Source: a virus
Lineage: Duplodnaviria; Caudoviricetes
Virus record (IMG/VR): IMGVR_UViG_3300018080_000572
Coordinates: 1-24,693 of that record
DNA length: 24,693 bases
Reading direction: 5' to 3' (one strand)
The notes beneath the pieces are model-generated. The model worked only from the letters and a program-made list of their open reading frames with translations, was not told the origin of the DNA and did no database searches. Position numbers and translations under genes: made by a program. Numbering within the stretch: position 1 is the first letter of the stretch; the number at the start of each line of letters is the position of its first letter. Below, piece after piece: positions 15,722 through 24,693 of the stretch.

Positions 15722-17583
15722 TGAAAAGCGCAGAAGAAATACAGGCTATTCTTAGCGGTGTTTTAGAAGCTTCAAAAGACCTTTATACGGTATCTCGTGA
15801 AGGTAATTGGAGTTGGAAGTATTGGGAAACCAAAGACTCGAAAGACATTCCGCATTATTACGATGGTTACCGAAAGGCGGTCATGCAGTCGGAACGTATT
15901 TCTACGCACTCAGAAGTTGACAAGTACCCCGAAAAGCTATTTGAACAACGCGCCCCGAATCAGAACGAAGAGGAAAGCGAGTACGTTAAAAACAACTACA
16001 AAAACACTACGCATCCTGTTTTCATGGATTACCTTTCGATAACAACGAGAGGACTTCAAGATAACAACTGGTCAATCCAATATCCTAACGGAAGCGCAGA
16101 GGCAGACGATTACAATCAGTACGTTAATAGCGGTATTGATGTATTTGGAAGCATAGAAAACTATGTTAAGAACATTGTTCCAAGTATTCGAGCAAACGAC
16201 CCTAACGGAGTAATGACGTTCTACATCAAAGAACCAACTCTGATTGAGGTTGATGGTGAAATGGTCGTTGCCGATAACAAACGATTAGAACCACAGCCCA
16301 AATACTTCAAATGCGGTCAGGTCGTGCATTGGGAATGGAACGAGGCTGCAATGTTTGAAAGCCACGAAAAGACTGTTGTAGAGTATAATGGAAAGCCTTA
16401 TAAGGTCGGAAGGGTGTTCTACTTATACGGTGACACGAACATTTGGAAGATTGAACAGGTAGGTAAATTCATTGACCATAGCTTTAATTTTTCGATAGTA
16501 TTCCGTCACGAACTTGGAATGTTTCCATGCATTAAATTAGGTGGTGTACCTTCGATACTTTCGGATAATAGCATCTACTACACTTCGCGCTTTTACTACG
16601 CGGTTGACTTGTTGGATTGGTCGTTATTGTATGACAACTATTTGAACGTTTCAATAGCGAATGTTTGCTTTCCGTTTAGATGGATGGTCGGAGATGAGTG
16701 TGATTTTCATGATGAAAGAGGCGCATGTGTTGATGGTAAGATAGCTTCAGAATTAGGTTTTGTAGACTGTCCAAGCTGTTCAGGTACAGGAATGAAGGTT
16801 AGAACTTCGCCAATGAAAACCTATTTGCTTAAGAGCGAAAAAGGACAAGACAAAGGCGATACTTCTTTTCCAACGCCTATTGGATTCATTAGCCCTAAGA
16901 CACACACTTTAGAGTTTACTAAAAAGACCTCACAGGAATACAAGAACGATGCTAGGCAGATGTTGCACGTTTACACAACGAACGACAAAGCAACGGGTTC
17001 AGATGAAACGGCAACTGGTAAGATGATTGACCTGAAAGCAATGTATGCTTTTGTTCAGCCTGATTCAGACCAAACGTTTGACGTTTTTCAATTCCTTTTA
17101 GATGTTATTGGCAAAGTTCGTGAGGGTGAAAACTTTGAGGGTGCTGTTCTGAATTATCCTACTTCATTCGACTTTAGAACGGATGCCGACATTTTGGATG
17201 ACATTAGAGTTGCAAGAGAAGCAGGCGCACCTACACACATTATTAACTCATTGATGTATCAGTACATCTCGCATCGTTTCTACACCGAAAGCGATACTGC
17301 AAGGGTTAGCGAGTTGATAATGGCGGCAGATAGGCTATTGACTTTGAATAACGATGAAATAATCCAAAGAAAAGCACAAGGGGCGGTTAATAATTGGGAG
17401 ATTGTTCTGCATGATTCAGCCTTCAACTTTGTCAATGATTTGATTGATGAAGATGCTGGTTTCCTTGACCTTGAATTACAGGCGCAAGTTGAACGATTGG
17501 AAGCGAAGGCAAAAGAGAAAACACCTTCGGGCATTAACACTAACCAAGCAAGAGCAGAAAGGTTATTAAATGTCGGAAATTGA
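15721..17583 (+). CDS. Putative portal protein with Cys-rich Zn-finger insertion
   Basis: 620 aa immediately upstream of a minor head protein. HELGMFPCIKL resembles the H.lG..P portal motif; CPSCSGTG insertion. Confidence 0.75.
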   Translation: MKSAEEIQAILSGVLEASKDLYTVSREGNWSWKYWETKDSKDIPHYYDGYRKAVMQSERISTHSEVDKYPEKLFEQRAPNQNEEESEYVKNNYKNTTHPVFMDYLSITTRGLQDNNWSIQYPNGSAEADDYNQYVNSGIDVFGSIENYVKNIVPSIRANDPNGVMTFYIKEPTLIEVDGEMVVADNKRLEPQPKYFKCGQVVHWEWNEAAMFESHEKTVVEYNGKPYKVGRVFYLYGDTNIWKIEQVGKFIDHSFNFSIVFRHELGMFPCIKLGGVPSILSDNSIYYTSRFYYAVDLLDWSLLYDNYLNVSIANVCFPFRWMVGDECDFHDERGACVDGKIASELGFVDCPSCSGTGMKVRTSPMKTYLLKSEKGQDKGDTSFPTPIGFISPKTHTLEFTKKTSQEYKNDARQMLHVYTTNDKATGSDETATGKMIDLKAMYAFVQPDSDQTFDVFQFLLDVIGKVREGENFEGAVLNYPTSFDFRTDADILDDIRVAREAGAPTHIINSLMYQYISHRFYTESDTARVSELIMAADRLLTLNNDEIIQRKAQGAVNNWEIVLHDSAFNFVNDLIDEDAGFLDLELQAQVERLEAKAKEKTPSGINTNQARAERLLNVGN

Positions 17584-18418
17584 GCGAATCATAAACCTAA
17601 AGGTCGAAAGGCTTGAAAACATTCCTGATGCTTTTGCAGATAGGATGGTTGCAATTCAACGCGCTAAGTTTTCAGGGATAGTCGCGCTATTAGATGAACT
17701 TGACTACACGGGCGGTAATATTGTTGTCAATCAAGCGAACCTTTTACGAATAGAACAGATAGTAGAACAAGCGAAAGACCTACTTACAACGGGCGAATTT
17801 GAAACGGTTGTTGGTGAGTTGCTAGGCGAATTTGATGACCAAGCTGCGATTACTTACAAATACTTTGATGAGGCGTTTACAGATTTTGAAGTTCCAGCGA
17901 TTGCAAACGAGATATTGGCGCAAAAGAAACGCGAGGCGGTAATAGACCTGTTGAATTCAACAGACCAATACTTAAGCAATCCTGTTCGTCAAGCATTGAG
18001 TAACGCGGTAACTTTGGGCGCAAGTCGAAAAGATGTAATTGATGTGTTCAGATTGCTAATAGAAGGAGATGCGGACACCGTAGGACGTTTAGAACGCGCC
18101 ACACGGCAAATAGTATCGGACACATTTGCGTTAAGCGATAGGGCTGTTACTAACGCTGTTTCAGAGCAATTGGATGCGAAGTGGTTCAGATACGTTGGCG
18201 GAACAATGGACACAACTAGACCATTCTGCAAAGCTCGTAACGGTAAATACTTCTCAAAAGCGGAGGTTCAAAGTTGGGCGGCTACTGATTGGGAAGGTAA
18301 AATGGCGGGTACTGATAGCAAAACAATCTTCGTAACGGCAGGCGGTTACAATTGCCAACACTCTATTTTACCCGTTGCTGAAAGCGCAGTACCAAACAGA
18401 TTTAAAGACAATGCTTAA
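17570..18418 (+). CDS. Minor head morphogenesis protein (SPP1 gp7/Mu F-like)
   Basis: C-terminal DTTRPFC...GGYNCQHSILP motif; follows the portal. Confidence 0.8.
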   Translation: MSEIERIINLKVERLENIPDAFADRMVAIQRAKFSGIVALLDELDYTGGNIVVNQANLLRIEQIVEQAKDLLTTGEFETVVGELLGEFDDQAAITYKYFDEAFTDFEVPAIANEILAQKKREAVIDLLNSTDQYLSNPVRQALSNAVTLGASRKDVIDVFRLLIEGDADTVGRLERATRQIVSDTFALSDRAVTNAVSEQLDAKWFRYVGGTMDTTRPFCKARNGKYFSKAEVQSWAATDWEGKMAGTDSKTIFVTAGGYNCQHSILPVAESAVPNRFKDNA

Positions 18419-20588
18419 AAGTCTTATTACATATCTAAACCTAAAATTAGACCTACTTAACTACTTTGATTTAACCCGTTGTTTGGTTGAGTTAAAGGAA
18501 GATTCAGAGGGTACAAGGCAACCTGTTGAATACATTTCAAATGGTGATTATGACGTTATAAATTTCGATGAGTTCAACGGTGTTTCTTATTGGAGGTTAC
18601 GAGATGAACCAAGCACTGATAGAACGGAAGAGCGAAAATACAAGGCGGGTGCAAGAAACAACATTGAAACAACCGTACCTTTAAAGTTAGTTTTTGCTGT
18701 TCCAAGAACTAAGCTAACAGAGGATGACGCTTATTCATTTGACCGAATACGTCAAACGATGGTTAAACAGTTTGCAATTGATGATGATGTTATCAAAACA
18801 ACGTTGCAAGCTGAAAGCGTTCGTATCAATGTAGTAACGGCTAATTCAGATGCCAAAGATGTTTGGGAGGACGAAACAGGCGGTACGGGCACATTTGAGC
18901 CAAAATACGAAACGGTTTTCGGGTCGATTGATGTTGACGTTGTAATCATTTCAAAGCACAGTTGCCTACCTACTGAATGTGATGACGTTGAAAGTGATAT
19001 TATCAGAGCGTTCGATTGGTGTGGTAATACGGCTGTAACTGTTGGTAGATTAACGCTAGCACAACAAACTTGCGTATCTGATTTTCTTTGCTCTTGCGCT
19101 GATGCAACCGTGCAATTGAATGGTATCGAAGTAGCAACACCTGCAAGCGGTGGAACTGTTGACATTCCTGTTAACCTTGACGGTGTTCCAAGTGGTTCAT
19201 GGGATGGGGATAGTTGGGAGGTTACATCAAACCCATGCGCAGACGCTACGGTTCAATTGAATGGTGTTGACATGACCGACATTCCATCGGGAGACACGGA
19301 GAACATTCAGGTGAGGCAGTCGAGCGGTTCTACGCTGGTCGGATCTAAACAAGGTCAATATTGGCGAATTGATGATAGCGATATAAGTATCAACGGTTCA
19401 CCTGTTGCAGATGTAATGGCGGAGGATTCGTTGAATATTGATGTAACTCAAGACGGATTAGCCGTTGGAAGTTGGAATGGTTCTGCATGGATTGTTCCAA
19501 GTTGTCCTGCTGGAGGTGGTTCAATTGAAGTAACCGCGAGCGATAGTTCGCCAAGTTTAGGCGATACGATTACAATAACAGGAACGGCAAGTGGATACAC
19601 ACCTGATAGCTATTTGTTTTTCGCATACGATGGAACAAGTGAAGTGTACTTCATTGCAGAACAAGCGTCAAATAGCTTTGATTGGCAGATACTCGGACTG
19701 AACGCTGGAACATATACCATTTACGTTCTTGGAGTTGATAATGGCTCGCCAGATGTAACTGCTTTCGGCACGGTTGACATTACATTAAGCGTTGATTTTC
19801 TACTCGACCAAACATACGGGCAAGATATAGATGTAGCATTTGCATTTTACAAGGTTCGGGAGGCTTTCAATGATTATGTCGCCATAATAAGAAGAGAATC
19901 AGACAACGCGCAAGATAGTTGGAATCTCGACTCTAATGGCGTTCTAAGCCTATCAAGTCAGAACGTAGCAGAAACAACGACTTTAGGTGATTGGATAGGC
20001 TCTGATAATGGGTATCTGGTAACTTGGAAAGACCAAAGTACAGCAGGACTTACGGCTACTAACTCAAATGCCACTACACAAGCTAAGGTAATATCTTTAG
20101 GCTCGTTGATTACGCTTAATGGAATACCATGTGCAGAAAAAGATTTGTGGCAGCGTTACGCAATAAGTACAACTATAACAACTCGTACATGTATAGCAAT
20201 AGGTCAGAATAGTTTACTTGGTCAAAGACTGATACACACAATAGCTGGTGGTGATAACGTTGCTTTCTTTTTTAGTGGAACAGGTTCTGTTGATGGTATA
20301 GGTTATTTCAAAATTGGTGATGTCGCTGTTACTGATGTCAATAACACAGATCCTAATTTGGTGAGCTTCATGTTGAACGATGCTATTTATGTGAATGGAG
20401 TTTCTGAATTAACTTACAGCACGATTCCTTTTGTAGACATTACTGGAATAGCAGGTAGAACAGATAACTTGACAACTAATTTTTACGGAAAGATTTGCGC
20501 CCTGTTCTTCTCCTCACAGTATTTAGGAACTGAACGAACAGACATTGAAGCGAACATAAATAACAACTTCACACCAAGCATATTATGA
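18411..20588 (+). CDS. Virion protein: N-terminal structural domain, repeats, Ig-like domain and C-terminal lectin/LamG-like domain (fibre/adhesin)
   Basis: ATG 18411 overlaps the previous stop. CADATVQLNG occurs twice, GSW(D/N)GxxW twice; Ig-like GDTITITGT...GTYTIYV; IRRESDNAQ...VTWKDQS module. Confidence 0.65.
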   Translation: MLKSLITYLNLKLDLLNYFDLTRCLVELKEDSEGTRQPVEYISNGDYDVINFDEFNGVSYWRLRDEPSTDRTEERKYKAGARNNIETTVPLKLVFAVPRTKLTEDDAYSFDRIRQTMVKQFAIDDDVIKTTLQAESVRINVVTANSDAKDVWEDETGGTGTFEPKYETVFGSIDVDVVIISKHSCLPTECDDVESDIIRAFDWCGNTAVTVGRLTLAQQTCVSDFLCSCADATVQLNGIEVATPASGGTVDIPVNLDGVPSGSWDGDSWEVTSNPCADATVQLNGVDMTDIPSGDTENIQVRQSSGSTLVGSKQGQYWRIDDSDISINGSPVADVMAEDSLNIDVTQDGLAVGSWNGSAWIVPSCPAGGGSIEVTASDSSPSLGDTITITGTASGYTPDSYLFFAYDGTSEVYFIAEQASNSFDWQILGLNAGTYTIYVLGVDNGSPDVTAFGTVDITLSVDFLLDQTYGQDIDVAFAFYKVREAFNDYVAIIRRESDNAQDSWNLDSNGVLSLSSQNVAETTTLGDWIGSDNGYLVTWKDQSTAGLTATNSNATTQAKVISLGSLITLNGIPCAEKDLWQRYAISTTITTRTCIAIGQNSLLGQRLIHTIAGGDNVAFFFSGTGSVDGIGYFKIGDVAVTDVNNTDPNLVSFMLNDAIYVNGVSELTYSTIPFVDITGIAGRTDNLTTNFYGKICALFFSSQYLGTERTDIEANINNNFTPSIL

Positions 20589-20785
20589 TGCTACTACCAT
20601 TCGAAAATAAAGAAGCGGCAGACGAACGCAACAAGTTCGAAGCGTTCAAACGTGGATGCCAGCCGCCTACCATCTGTTGGTGGTCAAACCCTATTGAGTA
20701 CAACGAACAATGGTGTTTAGATGTTGGCGATGGTGAAGGATTAACGCAAGAAGAATTGGATAGGTGTATAGAATTGGAAACGTAA
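20585..20785 (+). CDS. Small protein, possible fibre chaperone
   Basis: 66 aa; ATGA overlap with the fibre gene. Confidence 0.5.
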   Translation: MMLLPFENKEAADERNKFEAFKRGCQPPTICWWSNPIEYNEQWCLDVGDGEGLTQEELDRCIELET

Positions 20786-20799
20786 AATGAGAATTGAAA

Positions 20800-21027
20800 A
20801 TGGATGTAATACTTGAATCACTTGCGAACTACGGAATAGCTGGAATTTTCTTGGCTGTGTTGGTTTATTACCTTAATAAGCTAACTGATATTCATCGAGA
20901 AGAACGAAAGGAATGGCAAGATGCCAATAACAGGCACGTTGAGAAATTCGCGGAGGTAATAAGCGAAAACACGAAAGCAATCAGCGAAATGAGGAGCGAA
21001 CTTAGAGATGGTAAATGCAAGATGTAA
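20800..21027 (+). CDS. Putative holin (single TM plus coiled coil, BhlA/UviB-like)
   Basis: NYGIAGIFLAVLVYYL transmembrane segment, then a charged coiled coil; upstream of the endolysin. Confidence 0.65.
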   Translation: MDVILESLANYGIAGIFLAVLVYYLNKLTDIHREERKEWQDANNRHVEKFAEVISENTKAISEMRSELRDGKCKM

Positions 21028-21116
21028 TGGCGAATAAAGTTTGGTGTGCTACGAAACCTATAGAATGCTCAAAGAATTGTTTACGAACGGGTAAATGCGA
21101 AATATCAACAAAATAA
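21027..21116 (+). CDS. Cys-rich micro-protein (29 aa, not in ORF track)
   Basis: MANKVWCATKPIECSKNCLRTGKCEISTK; TAATG coupling to the holin stop. Confidence 0.45.
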   Translation: MANKVWCATKPIECSKNCLRTGKCEISTK

Positions 21117-21505
21117 TAGTTCACTGTACTGCAACTCCCGAAGGTAGAGATGTTAGCGTAGATACCATTAGAAAGTGGCACGTTGAAGATAACGGTTGGT
21201 CAGATATTGGTTATCACTGGATTATAACTTTAAGTGGTGCAATAGAAAAAGGACGGCACGAAAGTAGGTCAGGCGCACACGCTAGAGGTTTTAACAAAAA
21301 CAGTATTGGAATTTGTTATGTTGGCGGTGTTGATTCTGACATGAAACCGAAGGACACGCGAACAGAAGGGCAAAAGGAAACGCTAAGATGTTTGCTTGAA
21401 GATTTAAAAGACCGTTATCCGAACGCTGAAATCATTGGTCACAGAGACGTTTCAAGCAAGGCGTGCCCGTCCTTCGATGCTAAAAAAGAGTATTCAGATA
21501 TTTAA
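21095..21505 (+). CDS. Endolysin, N-acetylmuramoyl-L-alanine amidase (T7 lysozyme/Amidase_2 family)
   Basis: IIVHCTAT, GWSDIGYH, GAHARG.N..SIGICY.GG, GHRD and KACPSF motifs. Confidence 0.95.
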   Translation: MRNINKIIVHCTATPEGRDVSVDTIRKWHVEDNGWSDIGYHWIITLSGAIEKGRHESRSGAHARGFNKNSIGICYVGGVDSDMKPKDTRTEGQKETLRCLLEDLKDRYPNAEIIGHRDVSSKACPSFDAKKEYSDI

Positions 21506-21507
21506 AG

Positions 21508-21568
21508 TTATACCCGATGCGGTATAATTACTTGCAAATCAACTAAATTCGTACCCGATAAGGTATAA
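21508..21568. repeat. Two tandem imperfect palindromes TACCCGATnnGGTATAA
   Basis: Copies start at 21511 and 21552, 41 bp apart, and fill the intergenic space. Confidence 0.7.
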
Positions 21569-21569
21569 A

Positions 21570-22181
21570 ATGACCGACCTACAAACACACCTTTTCAAAA
21601 CCTACTTTCCTTACTTGGTCTGTTTCCTTTTAGGCGTTCTTGTAGCTTGGAAAGGATGCAATGATGGAACAACTGATGGAACAACTGAGGTAATAACCAT
21701 TAATAAACCCGTACCCGTTACAGAATACGTTGATAGATGGCGAACTGATACCGTTCGTTTTGTTTCTAAGAAAGTAATAACCGTTACCGATACAATCTAT
21801 CAACGCGAAACAATTAGGCGTTTAGATACGTTGTTTATAATTGACACGGTTAAAATAGTCGAAGCATGGTTAACCGAAGTTCAGAAATACGACACAACAA
21901 CAACGTTTGAAGGTGCTGATATTCGTTTACGTTGGCATAATTACCAAAACATTTCAGAGAATCTTCGCATTGATTACACTCCGAAAGTGGTACGTGCAAA
22001 TTTTGCACTTGGCATACACGCAAACGCTGGGTTAATAAGCGATTTTCAAACTAGATACACGCCTTTATTCGGGTTGGGTTTGCAGTTTTCAATAAAAAGA
22101 AGTTATATTGCAGCCGATTACGGTTTTAACGGGCAGCATTATATAGGTGTTCGTTACGGTCGAAACATTATTCAAAGGTAA
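21570..22181 (+). CDS. Membrane-anchored lysis accessory protein (spanin candidate)
   Basis: N-terminal hydrophobic helix ending in KGC, Thr/Val-rich DT repeats, and C-terminal amphipathic beta strands; follows the endolysin. Confidence 0.5.
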   Translation: MTDLQTHLFKTYFPYLVCFLLGVLVAWKGCNDGTTDGTTEVITINKPVPVTEYVDRWRTDTVRFVSKKVITVTDTIYQRETIRRLDTLFIIDTVKIVEAWLTEVQKYDTTTTFEGADIRLRWHNYQNISENLRIDYTPKVVRANFALGIHANAGLISDFQTRYTPLFGLGLQFSIKRSYIAADYGFNGQHYIGVRYGRNIIQR

Positions 22182-22224
22182 AACACGTTAAAAATTACTC
22201 TTGTTTAACATTTAATTTAACATA

Positions 22225-23022
22225 ATGGAGGATAAAGGATTGAGATTCAATGACGGAAAAATAAGGCATGAACTTACACCTCAATTTGCGCAAAATGAAT
22301 ACGCCAAAGTACTAACTAAAGGCGCTGAGAAATATGCTGAAAGAAATTGGGAACTTGGCATGAAGTGGAGTAAAGTAATAGCTTCATTAAAAAGGCATAC
22401 AGCTGCATTTGAAAGAGGCGAAGATTTTGACCCTGAAACAGGACTGTTGCATACAGCACACATAATGTGTAATGCAGCATTCTTAACAGAGTATTACAAG
22501 ATATACCCACAAGGTGACGACAGACCACACAACTACCTTAGACGTGCTAAAATAGGTCTTGATATTGACGAGGTTTTAGCCGATTGGGTTGGTCATTGGA
22601 CTAAATTTCATGGTCAAGAAGTGCCTGAAACATGGAACTTTGATAGAAACATATCGGAAAAGTTTAAAGCGTTATCTAATGATAAAGATTGGTGGTTATC
22701 AATACCTGTAAAAACAAACCCTAAAGACATACACTTTGAGCCTCATTGTTACATAACGTCAAGGTCAATACCTAAAGAATGGACTGAAGAATGGTTAGAC
22801 AAGAATGGGTTTCCTACAATGCCTGTTTATTCAATTGGACACGGTGAAAGCAAGGTGGATGTTGCAATGAAAAGCGGTATTGAAATATATGTTGACGATA
22901 GATATGAAAACTTTGTCGAATTGAATAATGCTGGTATATGTTGCTTTTTGTTTGATGCTCCTCATAATAGAAGGTATCAAGTAGGATTTAAACGAATTTA
23001 TTCATTATCTGAATTGACTTAA
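22225..23022 (+). CDS. dATP/dGTP diphosphohydrolase (DUF5664-like) fused to a HAD 5'(3')-nucleotidase domain
   Basis: N-terminal GK...VLTKGAEKYAERNW.LG...DPETGLLHTAHIMCNAAFL; C-terminal IGLDIDEVLADW, YITSR, YVDD and PHN. Confidence 0.85.
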   Translation: MEDKGLRFNDGKIRHELTPQFAQNEYAKVLTKGAEKYAERNWELGMKWSKVIASLKRHTAAFERGEDFDPETGLLHTAHIMCNAAFLTEYYKIYPQGDDRPHNYLRRAKIGLDIDEVLADWVGHWTKFHGQEVPETWNFDRNISEKFKALSNDKDWWLSIPVKTNPKDIHFEPHCYITSRSIPKEWTEEWLDKNGFPTMPVYSIGHGESKVDVAMKSGIEIYVDDRYENFVELNNAGICCFLFDAPHNRRYQVGFKRIYSLSELT

Positions 23023-23039
23023 ACTACTAACTTAACATA

Positions 23040-23249
23040 ATGAACATTACACGCGAATTTGATTACGATGCTTACCGTGACAGTGAAACGGTTCAAGAAT
23101 TGGTTAACGCTATTCTAGTCGTAAATAGAAACATTCAGTCAAACAGCGATGATGAAGAACTGAAAGCCATTTACGATAAGTACATGGAAAGCGAAATCAA
23201 CCGCGTTGCGCCTAAGTATTGGGAGCGCATAAAGCTAGAACACCAATAG
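23040..23249 (+). CDS. Hypothetical protein
   Basis: 69 aa ORF in an operon-like arrangement. Confidence 0.55.
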   Translation: MNITREFDYDAYRDSETVQELVNAILVVNRNIQSNSDDEELKAIYDKYMESEINRVAPKYWERIKLEHQ

Positions 23250-23267
23250 GCTAACTAAACCGAAACC

Positions 23268-24292
23268 ATGAGCAGAACAGTTAAAGGTCAAATCGTTCTA
23301 GAATACTTGAACGATGGATTGACAAAAGAGCTACCTAGCAAATCACTTGCAGAACTTATTTACAAGAAGAACGTCAAGGTATTTAAAGACGTTGAAAATG
23401 TCCGTAGCATTATACGGTATTATAGGGGTCAGCGTGGTAGCCAAGATAGAAAACATCGTGAAGGCTCTGACCTTTTAACAGAAAAAGCACAACACGCTAA
23501 AGCATTAGGAATTGGTAACCCGTTCGGATTACCTGACACGGATGAAGATGAGTGGGATGCGTATGTACTACCAAAAGGCGCAACTCGAATACTTCTTTTG
23601 TCGGATATTCACGTACCTTATCACAACATTGAAGCGTTGACCATTGCCATCAATTACGGCAAGGAAAAGAACGTTAACGCGGTTGTGTTGAACGGTGACA
23701 CGCTGGATTGCTATGCGTTGTCGCGTTATGAAAAAGACCCGCGTAAAAAAAGTTCAGCGAAGAACTAGAAGCGTGTCGGCAACTATTGGAAATCATTCAG
23801 CGTGAGTTGCAATGCCCTATCTACTTTAAACTTGGAAACCATGAGGAAAGGTATGAGGCTTACTTGCGAACCAAAGCACCTGAACTACTTGGAACGTCTG
23901 AATTTACTTTAGACACTTTGCTAAAGTTCGGTCAATACGGTTGTGAGTTAATACAGGACAAACGAATTATCAAAGCTGGACACTTGAACATTCTACACGG
24001 TCACGAGTTCGGGCGTTCTGTTTTCAGTCCTGTTAACCCAGCTAGAGGGTACTACATGCGGGCTAAGGCTTCGGTTATCTGTGGACACAACCACCAAACA
24101 AGCGAACACACGGAAAACAACTTAGAAGGCAAGATTGTAACTACATGGTCAACGGGTTGCTTGTGCGAAATGCACCCACAGTATATGCCGATAAACAAAT
24201 GGAATCATGGATTTGCATACGTGTCTGTCGACCCTGCCGATGGCAGTTACGAGGTTGACAACTTCCGAATTATCGAAGGTCGTTTACGATAG
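23268..24292 (+). pseudogene. Calcineurin-like metallophosphoesterase split by a -1 frameshift at an A7 run
   Basis: ORF1 has SDIH and NGDTLD; ORF2 has GNHE, HGH and GHNH. The second frame is open from the A7 run at 23745-23751 (KFSEELEACRQLLEII). Confidence 0.8.
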
Positions 24293-24396
24293 TCTGAACA
24301 CAAAAGGTTAATTATTTCCACTTTTTCTTGGTCAAAATTTGCATAAGTCAAAACTATGCCGTTATTTTGGTGTCATAATCAAAACAACTAAACAAC

Positions 24397-24648
24397 ATGG
24401 AAAAAGAAACAGACATAACATGGCAAGGGCTGAAGGTAACAGTTCATTACGAACCGAACGGAATGCCCGATTTAATTCTATTAGACGCATACTGTCCTGA
24501 AAATCCTATTGAGTTCTTGGAAAAGGTGCAAGGCAATGAGAACGCACTTGACGAGATTGCTACAATAGTTGGCGAAGATTGGGCGGCAGAGAATTACTGC
24601 ACAGAGATTGACGTTGATTACATTTACGAAAGAAGCGTTGACAAATGA
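24397..24648 (+). CDS. Hypothetical acidic protein
   Basis: 83 aa with an A-rich leader. Confidence 0.6.
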   Translation: MEKETDITWQGLKVTVHYEPNGMPDLILLDAYCPENPIEFLEKVQGNENALDEIATIVGEDWAAENYCTEIDVDYIYERSVDK

Positions 24649-24693
24649 AGGCAATAGACTTTTTAAACAAGTTCACAGACCCGAAGATTCCCG
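24645..24693 (+). CDS. Start of an ORF truncated by the window edge
   Basis: ATGA overlap; MKAIDFLNKFTDPKIP is open to the end of the window. Confidence 0.45.
   Translation, partial: MKAIDFLNKFTDPKIP

Noticed and set aside
3971-22528. Short antisense or overlapping ORFs in the track (e.g. 3971, 6011, 7707, 8224, 8479, 9381, 9562, 10535, 10976, 11406, 12115, 14929, 15371, 15797, 17280, 17989, 18752, 22281, 22316)
   Set aside because: They are shadows of better-supported genes with no motifs or initiation context.
1-24693. Alternative genetic code (stop-codon reassignment)
   Set aside because: Long ORFs tile the window densely under the standard code, and TAA, TAG and TGA all end genes at sensible boundaries.

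Overview
This is a 24.7 kb segment of a tailed dsDNA phage, probably infecting Bacteroidota, based on several TAnnTTTG -7 promoter boxes and AT-rich leaders. It carries virion genes (tail proteins, putative tail tube, scaffold, major capsid, portal, minor head protein, fibre/adhesin), three glycosyltransferases and a hexapeptide acetyltransferase among the structural genes, a lysis module, and nucleotide-metabolism genes. The most striking feature is a 3.9 kb island (about 9014-12940) between the scaffold and major capsid genes. It holds two convergent arrays of single-gene cassettes bounded by integron attC-like hairpins (AAC...stem...GTT), and each cassette's two ends are complementary to each other. 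No integrase is present in the window. Other notable features are a covarying H-type pseudoknot shared by the 5' leaders of the major capsid and putative tail-tube genes, and a long structured non-coding leader with a kissing-loop terminator. All protein calls come from motif recognition and gene context by eye; no database searches were run.
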